Positions 35,623 to 42,643 of a stretch of DNA of 42,643 nt are shown here, one piece after another. Where the stretch lies: assembly GCA_037969415.1 (NCBI GenBank), contig JBBKXI010000024.1:1-42643 (forward strand), read 5' to 3'. The stretch's first letter is position 1, and every line of letters begins with the position of its first letter. The position numbers and the translations under genes are program-made. Under the pieces are notes generated by a model. That model searched no databases. It was not told where the DNA came from and was given only the letters and a program-made list of their open reading frames with translations. Source of the DNA: Acidimicrobiia bacterium (GTDB lineage Bacteria; Actinomycetota; Acidimicrobiia; Spongiisociales; ZC4RG35).

Positions 35623-37019
35623 CAGATTGTGCCCCCAAACGATATTCCGCTGACCGCTGTCGCCTGGCCCGCTGTCGGCTCGGCACAACAAAACCAGCTC
35701 TCGCTGAGCCGGGGAACCATTCCAACTGGCGTTTGCACTCCGAGGTCAACTCCTGAAATGTCCGAGATGATCGAGCGCATTGTCGTAAGGGTATCTCCGG
35801 CGTCCTCCTTGCAGTCGGAGGCTTCTGCTGCGATCCGATCGAGTTCCTTGTGGAGCCGCGCCGACTCAGGATCCTCGAACTCCCAAACCCAGGTGAGGGC
35901 CTCTGGATCAAAATGGCTCAAGTGGGGTTTCATTTCTGGATGATCCGCCAGTAGCGAACCCTCTGGAATCAAAACCCGTATCGCAAGCTGTACAGGATCA
36001 ATTGCGCCGGCGAGGTCGTTGGTGTCGAGGAACTGGAACAACCCTGCAATCTCACTCGGCTTGGTCCACGGTAGGAATGGCAACCAGGTGGGTCGGAGGT
36101 AGATGCCGGACTCTCGGAGCACCCCCACTGCCTCGGTCATATCTCGCACCGTGTGTCCCTTGTCAAGAATTTCGAGGGTCCGGTCATCGACACTTTCAAA
36201 GGCGCTGATCACAAACAGCACATTCAATGAAGCCATCTCTTCCCAAAGATCATGGTGATTGACTATGTGCTCGACTTTCACCGTGACGTCGTAGGTGAGA
36301 TCCGGAAACGCCTGGTGCGAGCGGCGGAGAACTGACATGGAATAGGCCGGGGCGTTGAGAAAGTCGGCGTCGGCAAAAGTGATGTGCTCCGCTCCCTCTG
36401 CCACCAATTGGGCGATATCGGCGACCACCAACTCCTCACCGAGAACCCGGAGTCGCCCGTCATAGACAGCAGGTATTGGACAATGGCGGCACCGGTGGCG
36501 ACACCCGTGAGATGCCTCCACCGCACCAACCAGTCGGGCCTGTCCTTCGTATTCGAGCCGGGCATACTCCCCCAAACCCGGGAGGAGATCACGTTTGGGG
36601 ACTTCAAAATCTGACTTGCCGAGATGGATTTGGACGAGCGGCGACGGGCCTCGCACATCGAGCGACGACACCCATGAGCGCAAGGAGGGCTCGTACTCTC
36701 CGCAGAATATGGCGTCCGTGACCGTTCCCAAGGTCCGTTCCCTGCCGACGTCAGCGTATAGCCCATAGAAAGCGACGGGGATTTCAGGTCGCGCCTCCCT
36801 GATCCTGGAGGCAGTAGTAATGGCGAGACGCATTGCCGTATGCATCGGAACCGAAAAAGCAATGGCATCGATCTCATCGAGGACCGAGAAGTCGGCATCC
36901 TCAACTGAGAGATCGATGCAAACTACTTCGTGCCCGTCGCGAGTTAGTGCAGCAGCGGGCGAGGCGAGATGGATCGGTTGATGACCGAGTTCATATGTCG
37001 ACACCAGCAGGATTCGCAT
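35622..37019 (-). CDS. CUAEP/CCAEP-tail radical SAM protein (Cys variant)
   Basis: CRHRCRHC cluster motif; N-terminal B12-binding-like domain; C-terminal PRLSESWFCCAEPT. Confidence 0.88.
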   Translation of the reverse strand: MRILLVSTYELGHQPIHLASPAAALTRDGHEVVCIDLSVEDADFSVLDEIDAIAFSVPMHTAMRLAITTASRIREARPEIPVAFYGLYADVGRERTLGTVTDAIFCGEYEPSLRSWVSSLDVRGPSPLVQIHLGKSDFEVPKRDLLPGLGEYARLEYEGQARLVGAVEASHGCRHRCRHCPIPAVYDGRLRVLGEELVVADIAQLVAEGAEHITFADADFLNAPAYSMSVLRRSHQAFPDLTYDVTVKVEHIVNHHDLWEEMASLNVLFVISAFESVDDRTLEILDKGHTVRDMTEAVGVLRESGIYLRPTWLPFLPWTKPSEIAGLFQFLDTNDLAGAIDPVQLAIRVLIPEGSLLADHPEMKPHLSHFDPEALTWVWEFEDPESARLHKELDRIAAEASDCKEDAGDTLTTMRSIISDISGVDLGVQTPVGMVPRLSESWFCCAEPTAGQATAVSGISFGGTI

Positions 37020-37062
37020 CGATCAACAGTGTAAAGAGGGCGTATCGGTAACCTCGGGTGTG

Positions 37063-37959
37063 ATGACAAATCGCACAGAACGAGCCATAGCCGAGCTCAA
37101 TTGGCGTGACTATGGCGGCGAAGGCGAGATCATGCTGTTGGTGCATGGCCTCGGTGGTTCTCTCGCCAACTGGGACGCCGTAGGCCCGAGAATGGCCCAA
37201 GGTCGGCGGGTGCTCGCCATCGATCTTCCTGGATTCGGGATGTCACCTCCACAGGCCGACTATCGGTTGGAGACACATGCTCAGGCTGTGTCCCGCTTTA
37301 TCGAAGCCGTCGGCTACCCGGTCACCCTGGTCGGCAACTCGATGGGTGGATTGGTGTCGGAAATGGTCGCCGCCCACCGGGCCGACCTTGTGTCCCGATT
37401 GATACTGGTGTCCCCCGCAACGCCGATCCGTCTCCCCGATCCTGAAATCGATTGGCTGACGGCTCTCCGTCTCGGCTTGGAAGCGACGCCGTACCTCGGT
37501 GCAGCGATCCTCCGAACCGTGGGGAAACGCTTGACCCCGGAAGAAATAGTCGAGCTGAGCCTGAGGATGATCACTCACAATCCGAGTCGAATTCCACCCG
37601 ATGTCGTGGCAAACCTCACTGACACGGCCCGGGAGCGTTACCACCTCCCCTGGGCAGGAGTTGCGTTGAATCGATCTGCGTCATCTATCGCCTGGCTCTA
37701 CCGACGACCACGCGAATTCGTCCAAATGATTCGACGGATCGAGGCGCCGACTCTGGTAGTTCAGGGCGAGGTGGACCCGATCGTTTCGCCAAACGCAGTC
37801 AGATGGTTGGTTTCCCTTCGGTCCGACTGGAACCTTGTCGAAATGGAAGACACGGGCCACACTCCCCAACTCGACGCGCCAGTTCGTTTCTGCAACATCC
37901 TGGAAGAGTGGCTGGCAGAGTCTCGATCATCGGTTCCGACCGGATCGCCAACGCTGTGA
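37063..37959 (+). CDS. Alpha/beta fold hydrolase
   Basis: VHGLGG, IDLPGFG, GNSMGG, GEVDPIV, TGHTPQ. Confidence 0.92.
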   Translation: MTNRTERAIAELNWRDYGGEGEIMLLVHGLGGSLANWDAVGPRMAQGRRVLAIDLPGFGMSPPQADYRLETHAQAVSRFIEAVGYPVTLVGNSMGGLVSEMVAAHRADLVSRLILVSPATPIRLPDPEIDWLTALRLGLEATPYLGAAILRTVGKRLTPEEIVELSLRMITHNPSRIPPDVVANLTDTARERYHLPWAGVALNRSASSIAWLYRRPREFVQMIRRIEAPTLVVQGEVDPIVSPNAVRWLVSLRSDWNLVEMEDTGHTPQLDAPVRFCNILEEWLAESRSSVPTGSPTL

Positions 37960-37978
37960 CGTCACTATCCTCAGGGTT

Positions 37979-40699
37979 ATGTCAGGAGACCTAGGCAGGA
38001 CGCTCGAGAACGAATTCGTCCACCAACTGCTCGATTCCGACCCGGCGGAAACACGGGAATGGATGGAATCACTCGACGCAGTGGTCGCTGAGTACGGGCC
38101 AGTGCGCGCCCGATTTTTGATCGCAAAGCTTCTCGAACGTGCCCAGAAAACTGTGACCGGAGTTCCGGGAGCAGTGCGAACTCCTTATATCAACACCATC
38201 CCACCCGAGGAGGAACCAGAGTTCCCCGGCGATGAGGACATCGAGCGTCGCATCCGGCGTTTCATCAGGTGGAACGCAGCAGTGATGGTTATCAAGGCAA
38301 ACCACCGGGAGAAAGGGATCGGTGGCCATCTCTCAACCTTCGCTTCCTCGGCAACTCTCTACGAAGTGGGGTTCAACCACTTCTTCAGGGGACATGATGC
38401 CGAAGGCCGTGGAGACTATGTCTATTTCCAGGGCCACGCCGCGCCGGGCATATACGCCAGAGCATTCCTCGAGGGCCGACTCGATGAGGAACATCTCGAT
38501 AATTTCAGGTTTGAGATCGCCGGTGACGGGCTCTCGTCATACCCCCATCCCCGTTTGATGCCTGACTTCTGGGAATTTCCCACGGTGTCGATGGGGATCG
38601 GTCCGATCAATTCGATCTACCACGCCCGATTCAACAAATATCTCCACAATCGGGGTCTGGACGACACATCGAATTCTAGGGTCTGGTGTTTCATCGGCGA
38701 CGGTGAGACCGACGAACCCGAGACCCTGGGCGCCATTTCATTGGCCACCCGGGAGGGACTAGACAATCTCACCTGGGTAATCAACTGCAACCTGCAACGT
38801 CTCGACGGGCCGGTCCGGGGCAACGGCCAGATAATCACTGAGTTAGAGGCCGGGTTCCGAGGGGCCGGTTGGAATGTCATCAAGGTGATCTGGGGGGCAG
38901 GTTGGGATGCACTCCTGGCCAAAGACACCGACGGCGCATTGGTCAACGGTATGGGGAGCACGGTCGACGGCGAGTACCAGCGCTACAAGGCCGAAGATGG
39001 GGCTTACGTCCGTGACCATTTCTTTGGAAAAGACCCGCGCACCAAAGAACTGGTTGCTGAAATGAGCGACGACGAAATCTGGGCGCTCCGTCGTGGTGGG
39101 CTCGACTACCGAAAGATCTACTCGGCTTACAAGGTGGCCACCGAGCTCGACAATGGACGTCCGACGGTGATTCTCGCCAAAACCATTAAGGGATGGACCC
39201 TGGGGCCCGACGTTGAGGGCCGTAACGCCACCCACCAGATCAAAGAACTGACGAACAAGCAGTTGAGAGAGCTCCGAACCACGCTCCATCTCGAAGATGA
39301 CATCCCACTGGAATCCCTCGAGGGCGAATCCATCCCCCAATACTTCCGGCCCGAACCGGGCACACCCGAGCACGCCTATCTGATCAAGACCAGAGATCGT
39401 CTCGGTGGTTACCTCCCGAAGCGGCTCACCACTATCGAGAAACCACTGACCCTGCCGACGGATGAAGCGTTCAGCGAGATCTTCGCGGGGTCGGGAAAGG
39501 TAGAGGCTTCGACAACCAGCGCCTTCACCCGATTGTTACGCAATCTGGGCCGTGCCGAGGGATTCGGAGACCGTGTGGTTCCAATCGTCCCCGACGAAGC
39601 GCGCACCTTCGGAATGGACTCCCTTTTCCGCGAACTCAAGATCTATGCATCCAAGGGCCAGCTCTACGAGCCTGTTGACGCCTCGATGCTGCTCTCCTAC
39701 TCCGAAAGCCAGGATGGGCAAATTCTCGAAGAAGGCATTACCGAGGCCGGGTCGATGGCGTCATGGATTGCTGCAGCAACCTCCTACAGCACCAGAGGGG
39801 TACCGATGGTCCCCTTCTTCATCTTCTACTCGATGTTCGGCTTCCAGCGGGTGGGAGACCTGATTTGGGCCGCGGCCGATGCGCGGGCACGTGGTTTTCT
39901 ACTAGGAGCCACTGCCGGTCGCACCACACTCGCAGGCGAAGGGCTCCAACATCAGGATGGCCATTCTCTGGTCCTCGCTTCCACGGTCCCGGTCTGTGAG
40001 GCGTACGACCCGGCGTTTGCGTACGAGGTAGGCACCATTGTCGAAGACGGGATCAAACGGATGTACGGGCCCGATCCCGAAGACATCTTCTATTACATCA
40101 CGGTCTACAACGAGAATTATCCGCAGCCGCCGCGGCCCGAAGGTGCGGGCGACGGAATCATTGAAGGACTCTACAGGTGGGCTCCCGGGTCGGGAGGCGG
40201 CCACAAAGCGACAATCCTCTTCTCCGGTTCAGCCAACCTCGCTGCTCGTGCCGCCGCAGAAGATCTTGCCGAGCATTACAACGTGTCGGCTGAACTCTGG
40301 TCGGCGACCTCCTACAAGCGGTTGCGCGAGGAGGGTTTGAGTGTCGACCGTTGGAATCGATTCCATCCTCAGGAAGAATCCAAAAAGGCTCGCGTCACCG
40401 AACTGCTCGAGACGTCCGCAGGTCCTATCGTTGCAGTTTCAGATTTCATGAGGATGGTGCCCGACCAGATTTCGCGCTGGGTTCCCCGCACATACCTAAC
40501 CCTGGGCACTGATGGCTTCGGTCGCTCCGATTCCCGTAAGGCGCTACGCGAATTCTTCGAAATCGACAAAGGGCATATCGTCGTGGCCGTCCTTTCGGGA
40601 CTTGCTAGCGACGGTGTTGTTGATGCCGCGCTGGTCAAGGATGCTCTTGATCGATACGGAATCGACCCAGAGCGCGCCGATCCTGCCCACACCCATTAG
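37979..40699 (+). CDS. aceE: Pyruvate dehydrogenase E1, homodimeric type
   Basis: IGGHLST, SSYPHP, PTVSMG, GDGETDEPE ThDP motif, NCNLQRLDGPVRGN, EGLQHQDGHS, LGTDGFGRSD; ATG 37979 7 nt after TATCCT. Confidence 0.96.
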   Translation: MSGDLGRTLENEFVHQLLDSDPAETREWMESLDAVVAEYGPVRARFLIAKLLERAQKTVTGVPGAVRTPYINTIPPEEEPEFPGDEDIERRIRRFIRWNAAVMVIKANHREKGIGGHLSTFASSATLYEVGFNHFFRGHDAEGRGDYVYFQGHAAPGIYARAFLEGRLDEEHLDNFRFEIAGDGLSSYPHPRLMPDFWEFPTVSMGIGPINSIYHARFNKYLHNRGLDDTSNSRVWCFIGDGETDEPETLGAISLATREGLDNLTWVINCNLQRLDGPVRGNGQIITELEAGFRGAGWNVIKVIWGAGWDALLAKDTDGALVNGMGSTVDGEYQRYKAEDGAYVRDHFFGKDPRTKELVAEMSDDEIWALRRGGLDYRKIYSAYKVATELDNGRPTVILAKTIKGWTLGPDVEGRNATHQIKELTNKQLRELRTTLHLEDDIPLESLEGESIPQYFRPEPGTPEHAYLIKTRDRLGGYLPKRLTTIEKPLTLPTDEAFSEIFAGSGKVEASTTSAFTRLLRNLGRAEGFGDRVVPIVPDEARTFGMDSLFRELKIYASKGQLYEPVDASMLLSYSESQDGQILEEGITEAGSMASWIAAATSYSTRGVPMVPFFIFYSMFGFQRVGDLIWAAADARARGFLLGATAGRTTLAGEGLQHQDGHSLVLASTVPVCEAYDPAFAYEVGTIVEDGIKRMYGPDPEDIFYYITVYNENYPQPPRPEGAGDGIIEGLYRWAPGSGGGHKATILFSGSANLAARAAAEDLAEHYNVSAELWSATSYKRLREEGLSVDRWNRFHPQEESKKARVTELLETSAGPIVAVSDFMRMVPDQISRWVPRTYLTLGTDGFGRSDSRKALREFFEIDKGHIVVAVLSGLASDGVVDAALVKDALDRYGIDPERADPAHTH

Positions 40700-40703
40700 G
40701 TAG

Positions 40704-41813
40704 ATGGCCGACCTCACCCCTGAAGAAGTAGCTGCACGGACCGGAGGATTCGTGCTCATTGATGTCCGCGAGGATGACGAGTTCGACGCCGGCCACGTCG
40801 AATCCGCCATTCACATCCCCCTCGGCGCTCTCACGGACAGGATCGGCACCATCGTCGAAGATCCTGCTACCGAAATCGTGTTGTACTGCGCTACTGGCGC
40901 CCGCTCGGGGATCGGCGCGGTTTTTCTGACCGGTGCGGGATACCCGAACGTTTTCAACATGGGGGGTGGATTCGAGAGATGGAAAGCCGAAGATTTGCCC
41001 TGGACGGCGCCACCAGGATTGACACCTGAGCAGGTCGGACGGTACAACCGCCACATCAATCTTCCTGATGTCGGTTTCGCGGGCCAATTGAGGCTGCTCG
41101 AAAGCAGAATTGTCATAGTCGGAGCGGGTGGACTCGGCTCACCGGTGGCGCTCTACCTCGCCGCAGCCGGTGTCGGGACGATCGGGATCGTCGATCATGA
41201 CCGCGTCGATGACTCCAACCTGCAGAGACAGATCCTCCACAGCCTGGAGTCGGTCGGAAGTTCGAAGACGGAGTCAGCCCGGCAACGGATTCTCGGACTC
41301 AACCCGGATGTGAAGGTCGAGGCCCATGACGTCAAGCTGGATTCGAGCAATGTCCTCTCGATCCTGGCGGGATACGACGTTATTGTTGACGCCACTGACA
41401 ACTTCCCAACTAGATACCTGATCAATGATGCGTCACTCCATCTCGGTGTTCCGGTGGTTCATGGTTCGATCTACCGATTTGAGGGACAAGTAGCCGTTTT
41501 CGATCCTTACAACGGCCCCTGCTACCGCTGTTTGTTCGAGCTCCCTCCCCCACCGGAGTTGGCTCCATCGTGCGAGTTGGGCGGCGTCCTCGGAGTTTTA
41601 CCTGGCGTGATCGGCACCTTGCAGGCGACAGAAGCATTGAAGCTGGTGCTTGGTATTGGGGAGCCTCTGAACGGCACACTTCTCCTCTACGACGCGTTGG
41701 AACAGGACTTCACCCGTTTGTCAGTTGCCCGCCAGCCGGATTGTCCGGCATGTTCTGACCCGGATCATCGGCCGACTCTGGTCGATTACGACGAGGCATG
41801 CGTTCCAGCCTGA
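40704..41813 (+). CDS. moeB: Rhodanese-MoeB/ThiF adenylyltransferase-sulfurtransferase (MoeZ-like, N-terminal rhodanese)
   Basis: DVRE..GH, YCATGARS; RYNRHI, GAGGLG, SNLQRQ, DATDNF, CYRC and CPAC zinc motifs. Confidence 0.9.
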   Translation: MADLTPEEVAARTGGFVLIDVREDDEFDAGHVESAIHIPLGALTDRIGTIVEDPATEIVLYCATGARSGIGAVFLTGAGYPNVFNMGGGFERWKAEDLPWTAPPGLTPEQVGRYNRHINLPDVGFAGQLRLLESRIVIVGAGGLGSPVALYLAAAGVGTIGIVDHDRVDDSNLQRQILHSLESVGSSKTESARQRILGLNPDVKVEAHDVKLDSSNVLSILAGYDVIVDATDNFPTRYLINDASLHLGVPVVHGSIYRFEGQVAVFDPYNGPCYRCLFELPPPPELAPSCELGGVLGVLPGVIGTLQATEALKLVLGIGEPLNGTLLLYDALEQDFTRLSVARQPDCPACSDPDHRPTLVDYDEACVPA

Positions 41814-42199
41814 TCCTCCCCGATGACATCAGGGAGGCCATCCTCACCCACACCACCAACTGTGATCCCGAGGAGTGTTGCGGTTTAATCGCCTTCGATG
41901 TCGAAGGCCGAATGCGGTTTGCCTATCCGCTTTCCAATACCGACCGATCAGACACATCATTCACCATCGACCCCGACCAGTCCTATCGTGCCTTCCTCCA
42001 CGCCGACGAGATGGGTTGGGTCATCTCGGGAGTCTTTCATTCTCACCCCAAAGGCCCGGACAAGTTGTCAGACCGCGACCTGGCAGAGGCTCCCCGGGGC
42101 TGGATCCATCTCCTGTCAACCCCATCGGGTTTGACCGCGTTCCGGGTATCAAATGGAGTCGTCACAGGGCTCACCCTGTCTAGCGGATCTAACTCGTGA
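41798..42199 (+). CDS. JAB/MPN (JAMM, Mov34) metalloprotease, Mec-like
   Basis: EECCG and FHSHP....SDRD JAMM motif; overlaps moeB end. Confidence 0.88.
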   Translation: MRSSLILPDDIREAILTHTTNCDPEECCGLIAFDVEGRMRFAYPLSNTDRSDTSFTIDPDQSYRAFLHADEMGWVISGVFHSHPKGPDKLSDRDLAEAPRGWIHLLSTPSGLTAFRVSNGVVTGLTLSSGSNS

Positions 42200-42602
42200 G
42201 GTCGATCAAGCCAGCATTGGTAGGAGTGAAACCGGCGGCATCAAAGTAGAACGATCGTAAATCATCATCGAAGTCGACATGCAGCCATTCACATCCTGCC
42301 GCTTTTGCTTCCTCTCTCGTCACCTGAATGAGACCGACTCCAATCCTCTGGAGTCGGGACTCCACCGCCACCATCACATCCTGAATCCAAGCATGGACGA
42401 GTCCGTCCCAGATCACATTCACAAATCCGACGAGGTGAGCTCCGGTCCGTGCCGTTACCCACCCCAGACTGTGCCGCTCGGTCAGCCCGACCCAATCCCA
42501 TTCGCCATCGGGGTAGACACGATGATCGAAAGCCTCCGCATGGAGTCGATTGAGCTCGGAGTTAGTGAAGTCACCCTTCCAGCGATAGTTGACATCTGCC
42601 AC
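42189..42602 (-). CDS. GNAT family N-acetyltransferase
   Basis: LVGFVNV, DVMV....QRIGVG motif A, WLHVDF, FY..AGF; TATGAT 8 nt before GTG. Confidence 0.88.
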   Translation of the reverse strand: MADVNYRWKGDFTNSELNRLHAEAFDHRVYPDGEWDWVGLTERHSLGWVTARTGAHLVGFVNVIWDGLVHAWIQDVMVAVESRLQRIGVGLIQVTREEAKAAGCEWLHVDFDDDLRSFYFDAAGFTPTNAGLIDLTS

Positions 42603-42643
42603 GAGGCAGGATCATAAGACTGCTCGTCTGCTGGCGTCACCCC

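Noticed and set aside
35622-35720. Selenocysteine recoding in the radical SAM tail
   Set aside because: Both Cys codons are TGT; no in-frame TGA
40704-42199. CBASS/Bil-type ubiquitin-like antiphage system (E1 + JAB)
   Set aside because: No E2, cyclase or effector; the rhodanese-MoeB plus Mec-like pair fits sulfur-transfer metabolism

Overview
GC-rich, gene-dense bacterial chromosome segment; gene content (AdnAB, FabI, AceE, rhodanese-MoeB/JAMM, many leaderless starts) points to an actinobacterium, probably Acidimicrobiia (inference). It holds about 33 CDSs. 4.4-19 kb is a catabolic/transport cluster: COG1233 flavoprotein, GcvT-like protein, acyl-CoA dehydrogenase, Rieske oxygenase, class III aminotransferase, PotABCD-like ABC transporter, TetR/BetI-like regulator, ADP-forming acyl-CoA synthetase and enoyl-CoA hydratase. 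Four copies of a 16-bp palindromic operator tie it together. The standout is the ~0.9 kb non-coding gap at 22536-23464, which appears to encode two tandem, partly paralogous, highly structured minus-strand RNAs (~440 nt and ~190 nt). Each has its own TTGNNN-17-TACNTT promoter, a shared upstream motif and a shared 3' module. The larger RNA contains seven near-contiguous 18-20-nt hairpins (six capped by UUCG, one by CUCG) closed by a long-range stem; I do not recognise it as a known RNA family. The rest is housekeeping (RecB-like nuclease, gdh, adnAB, plsY, dtd, plsB, CCAEP-tail radical SAM, aceE, moeB/JAMM, GNAT). No tRNA, rRNA, CRISPR array or mobile element was recognised.
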